Positions 45,469 through 55,937 of a stretch of DNA of 64,000 nt are shown here, one piece after another. Positions within the stretch are counted from its first letter, which is position 1; each line of letters begins with the position of its first letter. A program made the position numbers and the translations under genes. The notes under the pieces were generated by a model, which was not told where the DNA came from, made no database searches, and was given only the letters and a program-made list of their open reading frames with translations. The stretch is from an uncultured Ignavibacteria bacterium (GTDB lineage Bacteria; Zixibacteria; MSB-5A5; CAIYYT01): contig CAZKIH010000016.1 in the NCBI GenBank assembly GCA_964552775.1, forward strand, positions 11,430 through 75,429, written 5' to 3'.

Positions 45469-46872
45469 CTAAATTGTGCGGGAAAAACGAATGCCTTTGG
45501 ATTCGCCGCTGCCATCGAGATAAGCGTCGAAAGTCATGGCGATATTGCGGACGAAGGTGCGGCCAATCGGCGTGATCTGCAGTCCAGACTCATCTGCTGT
45601 CATCAGACGATCCTCAAGGAACACCTCAAGCTCAGGATGTTCTCTGCGAAAATATTCGTCATACTTCACTGCAAATAGCTGCTCCACCGCTTGATAATGC
45701 AGCCGGAAATTGCACATCAACTGGCTGATGACATACTGCCGAATCAAGTCATCCTTGGTGAGATTCATTCCCCGATAGATGGCAAAACGCTTCTCGCGAA
45801 TCGCGTTCTCATAACTGTCGAGTTTCGAATGATTCTGAAAGAACGAATTGTCGACGTAGCCGATTGCCGACATACCGAAACCGATCATCTCCGGTGCAGT
45901 CTGCACTGTGTAACCCATGAAATTGCGGTGCAACCGGCCGTCCTTCTGTGCCAGGGCCAGCTCGTCATCCGGCTGAGCGAAATGATCCATTCCGATCTGA
46001 CGATATCCCGCCTTCGTGAATTCCTCGACGGCCGACGCAAAGAGCTGATATTTCACTTCAGTTCCTGGCAGTTCCTCGGTCTTGATTTTGAATTGATTCG
46101 GGAGGCTGTGCGGAAGATAGGCGAACGAGTACAGCGCCACGCGATCGGGACGAAGCGACAAAGTCTTGCGGAGAGTCTCGTAGAAGCTCTTCGTCGATTG
46201 GCGCGGCAGACCATAAATCAAGTCGACATTGATACCTTTGAAGCTCAGGCTTCTCACCTTGTCAATGATATGCTTGATTCGTTCGTACGATTGGACTCTG
46301 CCGATTGCTTCCTGCACGGAGACATCGAAATCCTGCGTGCCGATGGAAATGCGGTTGAACCCTACCGAGGCGAGAAAGTCCAACTGCTGGTCAGTCGTCA
46401 CTCGCGGATCGACCTCGATTGATTTTTCTGCGTCGGGGATGAATTTGAATTTACTGTCGATGACCTTGAGAATGATCTCCAGCCCTTTGCAGTCGACAAA
46501 TGTCGGCGTGCCGCCGCCCAGGTGCAGCTGGCTTACATTGCGACGCTCGCCCAGATGCTCGGACGTGTTGATTATCTCCAGGGCGAGATCCGCAACATAC
46601 TTATTGACGCGGTCGGTATTGTTCGTGACGACGGTGTTGCAGCCGCAATAGTAGCAGCGCTTCCGACAGAACGGAATATGACAATAGAGCGATAACGGCG
46701 ATTCGGTCTTGGTGGAAGTCGCTTTCAACGCCTTGATATACTGCTCGGCACCGATTTCATTGCTCCAGACCGGAGCGGTCGGATAACTCGTGTAGCGAGG
46801 TCCCGGGCGGTCGTATTTGCGCAACAACTCAATCGGTACGCGCGTAAATGTCTGCTCGGCAGCCATAGTCAA
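45469..46872 (-). CDS. hemN: oxygen-independent coproporphyrinogen III oxidase (radical SAM)
   Basis: 467 aa with YCHIPFCRKRCYYCGC (CxxxCxxC) and GGGTPT. Confidence 0.9.
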   Translation of the reverse strand: MTMAAEQTFTRVPIELLRKYDRPGPRYTSYPTAPVWSNEIGAEQYIKALKATSTKTESPLSLYCHIPFCRKRCYYCGCNTVVTNNTDRVNKYVADLALEIINTSEHLGERRNVSQLHLGGGTPTFVDCKGLEIILKVIDSKFKFIPDAEKSIEVDPRVTTDQQLDFLASVGFNRISIGTQDFDVSVQEAIGRVQSYERIKHIIDKVRSLSFKGINVDLIYGLPRQSTKSFYETLRKTLSLRPDRVALYSFAYLPHSLPNQFKIKTEELPGTEVKYQLFASAVEEFTKAGYRQIGMDHFAQPDDELALAQKDGRLHRNFMGYTVQTAPEMIGFGMSAIGYVDNSFFQNHSKLDSYENAIREKRFAIYRGMNLTKDDLIRQYVISQLMCNFRLHYQAVEQLFAVKYDEYFRREHPELEVFLEDRLMTADESGLQITPIGRTFVRNIAMTFDAYLDGSGESKGIRFSRTI

Positions 46873-47894
46873 TTCCGGAACTTCCTGACTTCAGCAATCA
46901 TCGCTTCCACGGACTCCAGTGGCGTTTCCGGCAGGATGCCGTGCCCAAGATTGAAAATCAGATTATTGTGTCGCTTCAAGCTGTTGAGCATTGTGCGCGT
47001 CCGCTCGACAACCTGGGCCGGAGTGTTAAACAGCACTGTCGGATCGAGATTCCCCTGCAGTGATTTGCCGTTCAGCTTGGCCGCTGCCGCCGCAAGCTCA
47101 ATCCGATAGTCAACACCGATCACTTCGCAATCCAGCCTTGTGAGTATATCCAGATAGGGCGCTACATTATTCACAAAAAGTATACGCGGCACCTCCTTCG
47201 CCTTGAGCGCGGCCAGGATTTTCGCAACCGGTTTAGCCGACCACTCCCGGTAGTCATCGTGCGCGAGAATTCCACCCCAACTGTCAAATATCTGGATCGC
47301 ATCGGCTCCGGCTTCAACCTGCGCGCAAAGGTACTCGCTGATCGTGTCGGTCAGCAAATCAATCAGCTTGTGAGCTGCATCAGGATAGCGCTGGATAAAT
47401 TTCTTTGCCTTGTCAAAGGTCTTCGAACCCTTGCCTTCCGTGAGATAGCAAAAAAGCGTGAATGGCGATCCGGCAAATCCGATCAGCGGCGTGTTGGGCA
47501 ATGACTCCTTGATCTCATCGATCCCTGCAAGCACGAAGTGAAGATCGTGCTCGATGTGGCAGCCGTGAATGCTCTCCACGTCCTCGGGCTTCGCAATCGG
47601 AGAACCGATGATCGGCCCGCCGTCCGGAAAGCTCACCTCAACTCCCATCGGTTCGAGAATTGTCAGTATGTCCGAGAACAGAATTGCTGCGTCCAGGTGG
47701 AACCGCTCGACAGGTTGGCGAACAACCTCGGCGATCAGTCGCGGCGATTTGCAGAGTTCCTGAAATGTCACCGCCCTGCGCACAGTCTGGTATTCGGGAA
47801 GATAGCGCCCTGCCTGCCGCATGATCCAGATCGGAATCGGACCATCGTTGGTACCGTAGCAGGCCTTAATAAATGGGCTATTCTTTATGCCCAT
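46869..47894 (-). CDS. hemE: uroporphyrinogen decarboxylase
   Basis: PIWIMRQAGRYLPEY. Start taken at ATG 47894 (MGIKNSPF...), overlapping the hemL stop by 10 nt. The track ORF extends to 47981. Confidence 0.9.
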   Translation of the reverse strand: MGIKNSPFIKACYGTNDGPIPIWIMRQAGRYLPEYQTVRRAVTFQELCKSPRLIAEVVRQPVERFHLDAAILFSDILTILEPMGVEVSFPDGGPIIGSPIAKPEDVESIHGCHIEHDLHFVLAGIDEIKESLPNTPLIGFAGSPFTLFCYLTEGKGSKTFDKAKKFIQRYPDAAHKLIDLLTDTISEYLCAQVEAGADAIQIFDSWGGILAHDDYREWSAKPVAKILAALKAKEVPRILFVNNVAPYLDILTRLDCEVIGVDYRIELAAAAAKLNGKSLQGNLDPTVLFNTPAQVVERTRTMLNSLKRHNNLIFNLGHGILPETPLESVEAMIAEVRKFRN

Positions 47895-49201
47895 ACATGG
47901 GCCTCGTTCTTTATCGCCGTCGCGAGAATCGTCGCCGCTTCTGACAACAATTCTTCGGTATGCGCAGCCGACAGGAAGCAAACCTCGTAGCCCGACGGGG
48001 GTAAATAGATCCCCTGATCGAGTATCTTTGAGTGCATGCGATTGAAATGCGCGATGCCATCGCTGTTGATGGTATGCGCCGCGCGCGGGAGTTCATTCTG
48101 AAATACAACCCAATACATCGAACCAACTCCTGCCACGTTGACATGATTCTCTCGCAACTGCTCCATCAGCAAACTCACAAAGCGACGATTCTTCGTCTCG
48201 AGCTCTGCATAGATCTTTCCGTCGGCGAGCTTGCGAAGTGTCGTCAAGCCGGCGGTCATCGCCACCGGGTTTCCCGACAGCGTTCCGGCCTGATAGACTG
48301 GTCCCAGCGGCGAGAGCATATTCATGATTTCCGCACGGCCGCCGAATGCACCGACCGGCATGCCGCCACCGATAATCTTTCCATACGTCACCAGATCGGG
48401 ACGAATCCCATAGTAAGCCGCCGCACCGCCCAGACCGATCCGAAATCCGGTAATGACCTCGTCGAATATCAGGACTGCGCCGTGACGCTCGGTCAGGGCA
48501 CGCAAAAGTCGAATATAGTCGTGTCGCTGAATCAATAGTCCGTTATTCGCCGGAATACCTTCGATGATTACCGCCGCCAATTCATCGCCGTGCGCGGCAA
48601 AAAAATCTTGAAGGGCATCCTCATCATCGAGCGGCAAAACAGCCGTCTTACTCGTAATTGAATCCGGCACCCCTGCAGACGAAGGCTGCCCAAATGTTGC
48701 CAGCCCGGAGCCGGCCTTGACCAGCAGATGATCGCAATGCCCGTGGTAACAGCCGTCAAACTTGAGAATCAAATCGCGCTTCGTAAAGCCGCGGGCCACT
48801 CGTATCGCCGACATGACAGCTTCGGTGCCGGATGAGACGAATCGAATCTTCTCAACGACATCGACATGCTTGACAATGAACTGGGCAAGTTCGTATTCGA
48901 GCTCCGTCGAGGCGCCAAAGGTCATTCCCTTGTCAACCTGCGCCTTGACCGCTGCGACTACATCCTTGTCGGCGTGACCGAGAATGAGCGGTCCCCAGGA
49001 ACTGCAAAAGTCGAGATACTTGTTGCCGTCAACATCGTAAAGATATGCACCGGCACCCTTGGCAATGAACCTCGGCGTACCTCCCACTGACTTGAATGCC
49101 CGAACCGGTGAATTGACTCCGCCCGGAATAACTTCCGCAGAGAGCTCCAACAACTTCCGCGACTTCGCGCTATCGAATACGACTTTAGATATGCCAGCCA
49201 T
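47885..49201 (-). CDS. hemL: glutamate-1-semialdehyde 2,1-aminomutase
   Basis: Contains GGVNSPVRAFKSVGG, FDEVITGFR, and YGKIIGGG (PLP lysine). Confidence 0.9.
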   Translation of the reverse strand: MAGISKVVFDSAKSRKLLELSAEVIPGGVNSPVRAFKSVGGTPRFIAKGAGAYLYDVDGNKYLDFCSSWGPLILGHADKDVVAAVKAQVDKGMTFGASTELEYELAQFIVKHVDVVEKIRFVSSGTEAVMSAIRVARGFTKRDLILKFDGCYHGHCDHLLVKAGSGLATFGQPSSAGVPDSITSKTAVLPLDDEDALQDFFAAHGDELAAVIIEGIPANNGLLIQRHDYIRLLRALTERHGAVLIFDEVITGFRIGLGGAAAYYGIRPDLVTYGKIIGGGMPVGAFGGRAEIMNMLSPLGPVYQAGTLSGNPVAMTAGLTTLRKLADGKIYAELETKNRRFVSLLMEQLRENHVNVAGVGSMYWVVFQNELPRAAHTINSDGIAHFNRMHSKILDQGIYLPPSGYEVCFLSAAHTEELLSEAATILATAIKNEAHVWA

Positions 49202-50162
49202 TCTTCAAAATGTCCTTCAGATGATAGGTCAAAATTACCGACGCACCGGCTCTGGTGATCGCTGTCAAGTTTTCAAGTACCATAGTCTTCTCATCCGCCA
49301 GTCCCGCCTGCGCCAATAGCTTGACCGCAGTATATTCCCCCGAGACGTTGTAAGCCGCAACCGGTAGCTCGGTATTCGCCGCGAAATCGGCGATGATGTC
49401 CAGATATGCCAATGCAGGCTTGACCATTACAATATCTGCTCCCTCTGCCTCGTCAAGCTCAAGCTCTCGCAACGCCTCCCGACGATTGCGAAAATCCATC
49501 TGATAGCCTTTGCGGTCGCCCTTTCCGGGAGCCGAATTTGCGGCTTCCCTGAATGGACCGTAGTAAGCGGAGGCATATTTAGCGGAATAAGCGAGGATTA
49601 TCGTATCATAAAGGCCGTCGCCTTCAAGCGCCTTGCGAATGGCAGCAATGCGCCCGTCCATCATGTCGGACGGACCGACACAGTCGCAACCAGCTTTGGC
49701 AAGAGCCACTGCCATCTTGCTCAGAATGGCAGCCGACTTGTCATTGTCAATCTTGCCCTCGAGTGTAACGCCGCAGTGTCCGGTGTCGGTATAAGCGCAG
49801 AGGCAGACATCGGCACTCACAAACAGCGCTTCACCGAATTTGTTCTTCAATTCTTTCGTTGCTCTGATAACCGGATTCTTTTCATCAAAGGCTGAGGTTC
49901 CAAGCACATCCTTGCGTTCAGTGACCCCGAAAAGCATGATCTTGTCAATCCCGAGTCTTATATCATCGTCAATCGTCCTGACCAATGAATCGACGGAATC
50001 GCGATAGATGCCGGGTAATCCCTTTATCTCGTCGTGGACGTTGACTCCATCGGTAACAAAGTAGGGCTGGATCATTCCGCCGATATTCAATCGCGTCTGC
50101 GCCACCAGGTCGCGAATTAGCTGATTTCGTCGGAGACGCCGCGGCCGATTGAGATTTTCCAT
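49185..50162 (-). CDS. hemB: porphobilinogen synthase (ALA dehydratase)
   Basis: N-terminal RPRRLRRNQLIRDLV, then VSADVCLCAYTDTGHCG and VMVKPALAYLD. Confidence 0.9.
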   Translation of the reverse strand: MENLNRPRRLRRNQLIRDLVAQTRLNIGGMIQPYFVTDGVNVHDEIKGLPGIYRDSVDSLVRTIDDDIRLGIDKIMLFGVTERKDVLGTSAFDEKNPVIRATKELKNKFGEALFVSADVCLCAYTDTGHCGVTLEGKIDNDKSAAILSKMAVALAKAGCDCVGPSDMMDGRIAAIRKALEGDGLYDTIILAYSAKYASAYYGPFREAANSAPGKGDRKGYQMDFRNRREALRELELDEAEGADIVMVKPALAYLDIIADFAANTELPVAAYNVSGEYTAVKLLAQAGLADEKTMVLENLTAITRAGASVILTYHLKDILKNGWHI

Positions 50163-50860
50163 TAGATGTACTCCAGCACTGAATTTACGTCCGCCTGTCT
50201 GAGAACCACATAATTCGCCCAGCGGTGTCTATCCATTTCCGCAGCCGTCGTGTGTCCGATGGCCAGCAACCGCGCGTCCGGGTCTCCGAATTGCCTGTGG
50301 TACGCGCGAACCGCCGATGGTGCCGTAAATAAGATCGCATCTTCGCGTTTAATTCTGGAGACTTCGTGCTGGTCCACAACACGCTCGATCGACTCGTAGC
50401 AGACCACCGCGTGATAGTTCATTTTGCGCAGAGCGAACAGCTGCTCCGGGTCATAGTCCGTATCTTTGGCACGAGCATATACGATAGCGTGGCGACAGTC
50501 CGGGTGGTTGTCGACAAATTCGTCGAACAAGACCCTTCCGTAAGCCTCAGAGGGTTGAAATGCCGCCTCGTATCCGCGTGAATTCAGAGCCTCTTTCGTT
50601 TTCCGCCCGACTACTGCGATTTTTACTTGCTTCGGCAGTTTACAGCCAACGTCGTCAAGCCTCTTGAAGAATGCCTCCACGCCATTTGCGCTGGTAAAGA
50701 AAACCCAACCGAGATCATCAAGATCAACTGCTTCAGGCCATGCGAACGCGATATTGTGTATTTCCATCAATGGTAATGCAACAATCTCGATGTTCTTCGC
50801 AGCAGCGCGGGCAAAGAGGTCGTGTAATTGTTCCAACGATCGCGTGATCCCTATACGCAT
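50162..50860 (-). CDS. hemD: uroporphyrinogen-III synthase
   Basis: Sits between hemC and hemB. 232 aa from ATG 50860, overlapping the hemC stop by 10 nt. Weakly conserved family, so the call rests on context plus FTSANGV and LFTAPSAV. The track ORF extends to 50950. Confidence 0.75.
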   Translation of the reverse strand: MRIGITRSLEQLHDLFARAAAKNIEIVALPLMEIHNIAFAWPEAVDLDDLGWVFFTSANGVEAFFKRLDDVGCKLPKQVKIAVVGRKTKEALNSRGYEAAFQPSEAYGRVLFDEFVDNHPDCRHAIVYARAKDTDYDPEQLFALRKMNYHAVVCYESIERVVDQHEVSRIKREDAILFTAPSAVRAYHRQFGDPDARLLAIGHTTAAEMDRHRWANYVVLRQADVNSVLEYI

Positions 50861-51774
50861 ACCGTATCTCCGTGCAGTGTGGCGTACGCCCTGTTCACCA
50901 AAACCTCTATTTGCGCGCCTGAGACATCGGCGGCCTTCAGTCCAATCCACTCATTCTTGTATTCTACTCCGAGAACTGCCTTAAGGTGAAACTGATTTCC
51001 TGTCCGTTCTGACCATACTCCCAGGGGCAGCGAACAGCCGGAACTGAACTTCCTTAACAGCCCGCGCTCAAGCTCCGCCTGGAGCATCTCTTCGCGCGAA
51101 CCGAGTTTCGAAATCACCGACTCGACACGATCATCATCGTCCCTGATTTGTATTCCGAGAATGCCCTGCGCCGGTGCCGGCAGAAACACCTCCGGGTTCA
51201 GCTCGATTACCTCGAGATCTGTCACGTCAAGTCGCAGCCTTTTGACTCCTGCTGAGGCAATCAAGATTGCGTCGTAAAGCCCCTCGCGCAACTTGCGAAC
51301 CCGCGTCGGCACATTGCCGCGCAGGTCCTGCACCTGCAAGGTTGGATTGTGAAAATGTAGCTGGGCTTTTCTTCGTGCGGAACTGGTGCCTACGACCCCG
51401 CCCTCACGGACCGGAATGACACCGGTTCCAGCACGAGAAGATTTGCGAATGAGCAGCATTTCGCTGCGGTCAGCGCGGTACCCGGCCGCACCAAGCTTCA
51501 GACCTGCAGGCTGAGTCGTCATCAGATCCTTGAGCGAATGCACGGCAAGATCGATTTCCCTGCGAAGCAGGGCATCCTCAAGTTCCTTCGTGAAGAATCC
51601 CTTGCCCTCCATCTTGTCGAACGCCACGTTGTCTATCTTGTCTCCGGCTGTCTGAATGATCTTGATTTCTACAACACATCCATGCTTCTCAATCAGGATA
51701 TCACGGATGAAGTTTGCCTGAAATAGCGCGAGGTCCGAGCCACGCGATCCAATGATCAACTTTTGTGAGGTCAT
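50851..51774 (-). CDS. hemC: hydroxymethylbilane synthase (porphobilinogen deaminase)
   Basis: Contains IGSRGSDLALFQA, GKGFFTKELE, HSLKD, and RGNV.TR..KL. Confidence 0.9.
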   Translation of the reverse strand: MTSQKLIIGSRGSDLALFQANFIRDILIEKHGCVVEIKIIQTAGDKIDNVAFDKMEGKGFFTKELEDALLRREIDLAVHSLKDLMTTQPAGLKLGAAGYRADRSEMLLIRKSSRAGTGVIPVREGGVVGTSSARRKAQLHFHNPTLQVQDLRGNVPTRVRKLREGLYDAILIASAGVKRLRLDVTDLEVIELNPEVFLPAPAQGILGIQIRDDDDRVESVISKLGSREEMLQAELERGLLRKFSSGCSLPLGVWSERTGNQFHLKAVLGVEYKNEWIGLKAADVSGAQIEVLVNRAYATLHGDTVCV

Positions 51775-53057
51775 ACAGCTTCTTTGCGAATATTCTTAAT
51801 CTCGAGGGTTTCCAATTCGGAGCCCATTTCGACGAGCTTGTTCGACAATATCTTGACCGGCTGGAATGCCGAGTTAGCCACTAATTTGGTCACCAGACGA
51901 TAGACTGCTTCCTTCTCCTCGTCAGAGAGACTTGTGACCTTCTTGGCAAAAAGATCGTCCAGTGCGTTCTTGGCAAGGCGCATCGATGCTTGATAACTGT
52001 CGTGAAAGATCGGTTTCAGTGATACTTCCATGCGGTCAGACAAATATTGATTCACGGAGTCACGCACGATTTCATTTGCCTTGCTTGTCTCCACGAATTT
52101 CTGCCGCAGATTGCCGTTGCACTTCGAACGCAGGTATGGAATATCGATCAGCTTGACCTTGGGATTGTCATTGAACCCATCACTAAAATCACGCGGAATT
52201 GCCAGGTCGATGCACAACACCGGCCTTCCGCGCACCGGCAGACGCTCGATAAATCCGGCGTCAAAGATCGCCTCCGTCGCGGCAGTGGCTGAGAGAATAG
52301 CATCAACGGGAACGCGAGCTTCGATGAAATTAGCCAAGGATGTGGCGTTCCCATTGAATTGTTGTGCGAGGGTGTTAGCCTTTTCGGCTGTACGATTTAC
52401 AAACAGAAGCTTGCCAAGATTATTGTCTGCGATGTAGTGCGCAAGTTTCAGCGTCATGGTGCCGGTGCCCACCAGCGCGATTACCGAATCGCCCCCTGGA
52501 TTTAAGTATGCCGCTAATTCATCGGCTGCCAACGATGCCATCGAGACGGCGCCCGATCCGATTTCAGTGTCTCGCTTAACCTTCTTCGAAACGAGAAGAG
52601 CTTCTTCAGAAATATCTTTGAGAACAATGCCCGCCAGACCGGCGGTGAGGGCCTCCGTGTAAGCATCCTTGTATTGACCCGCGATTTGGTTCTCGCCGAC
52701 AACCAACGACTCAAGCGAGGCGGTTGTCCTGAACAGGTGAGCAACCGCCTCACGTCCCGTGTAATGATAGAAATCATTCGGGAAGAAACCCAAACCCTTG
52801 GTGTCGCGGAAAAAGAAGTCTATGAGCTTATGCAGAAGCTTGGAGCCGGCATATTTGCCGGTGGAAACGTAAACGAATTCGACACGGTTGCAGGTGGCAA
52901 GGTAGACCAATTCGCTCAGCCCAAGAGCCGTCTTGAGCGAACGCAGAACCTCAAGCCTGGCGGTGCGCTCGACCGTCAGATGCTCAAGCAGCTTCATGTT
53001 TTGCTGCCAGATTGAAGTCCCGATAATTCCAAATTCCATCGTCATTCCTAATCTCAC
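51771..53057 (-). CDS. hemA: glutamyl-tRNA reductase
   Basis: Contains LATCNRVEFVYV and VGTGTM (NADPH fold). The likely true start is ATG 53045 or 53039 (SD-like AGGTGA/AGGA upstream) rather than GTG 53057. Confidence 0.9.
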   Translation of the reverse strand: MRLGMTMEFGIIGTSIWQQNMKLLEHLTVERTARLEVLRSLKTALGLSELVYLATCNRVEFVYVSTGKYAGSKLLHKLIDFFFRDTKGLGFFPNDFYHYTGREAVAHLFRTTASLESLVVGENQIAGQYKDAYTEALTAGLAGIVLKDISEEALLVSKKVKRDTEIGSGAVSMASLAADELAAYLNPGGDSVIALVGTGTMTLKLAHYIADNNLGKLLFVNRTAEKANTLAQQFNGNATSLANFIEARVPVDAILSATAATEAIFDAGFIERLPVRGRPVLCIDLAIPRDFSDGFNDNPKVKLIDIPYLRSKCNGNLRQKFVETSKANEIVRDSVNQYLSDRMEVSLKPIFHDSYQASMRLAKNALDDLFAKKVTSLSDEEKEAVYRLVTKLVANSAFQPVKILSNKLVEMGSELETLEIKNIRKEAV

Positions 53058-53106
53058 CTGAGTCTATCGTCTTTCGTTGCACGGAAATTAAAGAAAACCG
53101 TACTCG

Positions 53107-53135
53107 AATTGTCATTTAATTGTCACAGATTGTGA
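53107..53135. promoter_or_regulatory. three helically phased ATTGTSA boxes between hemA and the epimerase gene
   Basis: AATTGTCA (53107-14), AATTGTCA (53118-25), and GATTGTGA (53128-35). Spacing is 11 and 10 bp. A fourth TATTGTCA lies at 53223-30. Confidence 0.3.
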
Positions 53136-53513
53136 AAAAAGTAACTAATTCGGATAAATTCCATTACCTATACCGCACTAAAACAGTCTCAACTCCTCAA
53201 TCAAGACAGAACCACCGTATTATATTGTCACACAACATATTACGAATAAGCCCCACAATGCCATTTGATGAGAAATTCTGTCTCATTTGGCACGGGATAC
53301 TGAGATGACAGCTCATCACTACCCTTGTCTATATGCACTTTAATTCACAAGCGTTCCACCAGCGGCGTTCCCCCACCAAATCGCCCACTCGGTTCTTGGA
53401 AATCCGGGGCTTTCGATATAAGTTAGGCTCTCTAAATCTCGACGCGAGTAGTCCACAGCCATCCGTCTGGTCGCTCGCGCTAATTTCGATTCTTAAGGAG
53501 ACTTTTCGATTCC

Positions 53514-54560
53514 ATGAACAAGCAGATTCTCATTACCGGCGGAGCGGGATTTCTGGGTATCAATCTCGTACGCTACCTCTTGGCCAGAGACCGGCGCGTG
53601 GTCTCGCTCGATATCGCACCCTATGAATATCCCGACACCCGCGACAAGATCCGCGTCGTCGACGGCGACATCCGCAAACCCGAGGATGTCCGCAATGCGC
53701 TTCAGGATGTCGACATCGTCGTTCATGCCGCGGCTGCGCTACCGTTGTACAAGCCCGCCGACATTTACTCCACTGACATCGACGGCACTCGCATCGTCAT
53801 GGAGGAATCCAAGCGCGCCGGCGTTAAGCGCGTCATTCACATTTCGACGACGGCCGTCTACGGAATTCCCGATCATCACCCTCTGCTCGAGGATGACCGC
53901 AAGCACGGTGTCGGGCCTTATGGCATTGCGAAGGTCAAGGCCGAGGAAATCTGCATGGAGTTCCGCTCGCAGGGCATGTGCGTGCCGATCCTTCGTCCCA
54001 AATCGTTCATCGGCCCGGAGAGATTGGGTGTCTTTGCCATGTTCTATGAATGGGCGCGCGATGGCCATAGTTTCCCGATTCTCGGTAAGGGTAACAATCC
54101 TTACCAATATCTCGACGTGGAAGATCTCTGCGAGGTTATCTGGCTGACGATGACGTTGCCAGAGGATACCGTCAATGACAACTTCAACATCGGAGCGAAG
54201 ATCTTTGGCACACCGCGTTCCGATTTCCAGGCGGTGCTTGATCGTGCCGGCCACGGCCGCAAGATTGTCTCGCTTCCGGAAGCTCCGGCAATTTGGACCT
54301 TGCGTTTCCTCGAACTGCTCCACTTATCGCCTCTTTACAAATGGATTTATGAGACCGCGGGCAAGGAATCGTTCGTTTCGATTGAGCGCGCCGAGAAGAA
54401 GCTTGGTTACAAACCGAAATACTCAAACAAAGATGCCTTGCTTCGCAACTATGAGTGGTACCTGGCGAATGCCGACAAGTTGAGCACCTCCGGAGGCGGT
54501 GTCACTCATCGCGTCCCCTGGAAACAGGGCGCGCTCAAACTCGCTAAGATGTTTTTCTAA
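53514..54560 (+). CDS. NAD-dependent epimerase/dehydratase (SDR family)
   Basis: [15 protein letters not shown] and [10 protein letters not shown] (YxxxK). SD AAGGAG upstream. Confidence 0.85.
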   Translation: MNKQILITGGAGFLGINLVRYLLARDRRVVSLDIAPYEYPDTRDKIRVVDGDIRKPEDVRNALQDVDIVVHAAAALPLYKPADIYSTDIDGTRIVMEESKRAGVKRVIHISTTAVYGIPDHHPLLEDDRKHGVGPYGIAKVKAEEICMEFRSQGMCVPILRPKSFIGPERLGVFAMFYEWARDGHSFPILGKGNNPYQYLDVEDLCEVIWLTMTLPEDTVNDNFNIGAKIFGTPRSDFQAVLDRAGHGRKIVSLPEAPAIWTLRFLELLHLSPLYKWIYETAGKESFVSIERAEKKLGYKPKYSNKDALLRNYEWYLANADKLSTSGGGVTHRVPWKQGALKLAKMFF

Positions 54561-54584
54561 TCACGCAGAGGCGAATAGACTTGA

Positions 54585-54617
54585 GCCGTCAGGAACCTCT
54601 TCCTGACGGCATTTTTA
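54585..54617 (+). terminator. rho-independent terminator
   Basis: GCCGTCAGGAA-CCTC-TTCCTGACGGC followed by ATTTTTA. Confidence 0.75.
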
Positions 54618-54642
54618 TGCAATGTGCCCGCCGTTAGTTGCC

Positions 54643-54687
54643 GTAGGTCAAAACCCCCGTGGTTTTGACAATCACGCCGAAGGCGTG
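54643..54687. repeat. REP-like palindromes
   Basis: GTAGGTCAAAACC-CCCGT-GGTTTTGAC-AAT, immediately followed by CACGCC-GAA-GGCGTG. Confidence 0.45.
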
Positions 54688-54864
54688 ATCCTCCTGCAGG
54701 CGCGAATTGATTCGCCTATTCACCTCGTTTCATGACCCGGCAGTCAACACCAAGCGAAGCGCGGGCCTCAACCTGAACTTATTTTATGTAATCGCTTACG
54801 CAACTTTTTTGCGAATCCGCGAGTATACATTCTCTAAGAGATAACACACAAATTGGAGGATTAA

Positions 54865-55770
54865 TTGACGAGTCCTAACCGCGCCCGGCTCATTGCCGGC
54901 ACACTGCTTACGTTGTTCGCATGTGTGCCATCGCTCGCACAAGCTGACACCCCGCCACTGACTGACGGCATCGAAGTCGTCATTTATCAAGAAGGCGTCG
55001 AAAATGCCTATCCGCACTGGTCAAAGGATGGAATGACAATCCTTTACCAGTCCAACCGGACAGGCAAATGGCAGCTCTACGTCATCAACCGCGATGGTAC
55101 CAACGACCGACGCATTACCAATGACGCATTTAACAACTATATGGCTGACTGGTCGCCCGATAATCGCCAAATAGCATTTGTGTCGGATCGTACCGGCAAC
55201 GAGGAGATCTTCGTGATGAACTCCGACGGCAGCGGACAGCGCAATCTTAGTAATAGTCCTGCTCGCGACATTCACCCCTACTGGACGCCGGACGGTCGAA
55301 GCCTGTACTTCAATTCGACTCGCGACAGCCAGGAGCACCTCTCAATTTTTCAGATGACGCCCGCGGGAATTGGAGTCAAGAAGATCTCGACGTCAAGAGA
55401 CGACGAGACCTGTGCGCACCTGTCGCGCGATGGCTCGAAGTTGGTCTATTTGCGTGGCTATATGAGCATGAACGATGAGATCTTCACTCTCGACCTGAAG
55501 ACCGGCAAAGCGGAAAACATCTCTAACACGCCCAGCGCCGAGGGTTGGCCATGTTGGACACCCGACAGTAAAGCAGTGGTATATGCTTCTGCCCAATACG
55601 GAGTCTTCAACCTCTTTCAGAAGGCGCTTACCGGCAGTTCACCCAAACGACTGACCAAAGTAGCTTCGCCTTGGTTCGATGCCCGTCCCGAGGTCAGCCC
55701 CGACGGCAAGGAAATCGTCTTCAACCGCCAGAAGCAGGGATCGATTGGCATCGTGATTAAGAAACTGTGA
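54865..55770 (+). CDS. TolB-like periplasmic beta-propeller (PD40/WD40-like repeats)
   Basis: TTG start 4 nt after GGAGGA. Signal peptide present. Repeats: YPHWSKDGMTILYQSNRTGKWQLYVINRDG, ADWSPDNRQIAFVSDRTGNEEIFVMNSDG, PYWTPDGRSLYF. Confidence 0.8.
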   Translation: MTSPNRARLIAGTLLTLFACVPSLAQADTPPLTDGIEVVIYQEGVENAYPHWSKDGMTILYQSNRTGKWQLYVINRDGTNDRRITNDAFNNYMADWSPDNRQIAFVSDRTGNEEIFVMNSDGSGQRNLSNSPARDIHPYWTPDGRSLYFNSTRDSQEHLSIFQMTPAGIGVKKISTSRDDETCAHLSRDGSKLVYLRGYMSMNDEIFTLDLKTGKAENISNTPSAEGWPCWTPDSKAVVYASAQYGVFNLFQKALTGSSPKRLTKVASPWFDARPEVSPDGKEIVFNRQKQGSIGIVIKKL

Positions 55771-55861
55771 AGTGCCGATCGTCGGACCCCCCTGCCGCCA
55801 TGCTCCGACAGAACAGCTGCCTCTGAACGGAAGATCCCGAGCTGCACAAGCGATGGGATCA

Positions 55862-55937
55862 GTCATTCCGGCGAAAGCCGGAATCCAGCCTCGACTTGTC
55901 GCGAAAGAACTTGGATTCTCGCCTCCGCGGGAATGAC
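55862..55937. repeat. inverted pair of GTCATTCC-hairpin REP elements
   Basis: GTCATTCCGGCGAAAGCCGGAATCCAG (55862-88) and its inverted relative TGGATTCTCGCCTCCGCGGGAATGAC (55912-37). Same family as 60397-60552. Confidence 0.6.
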
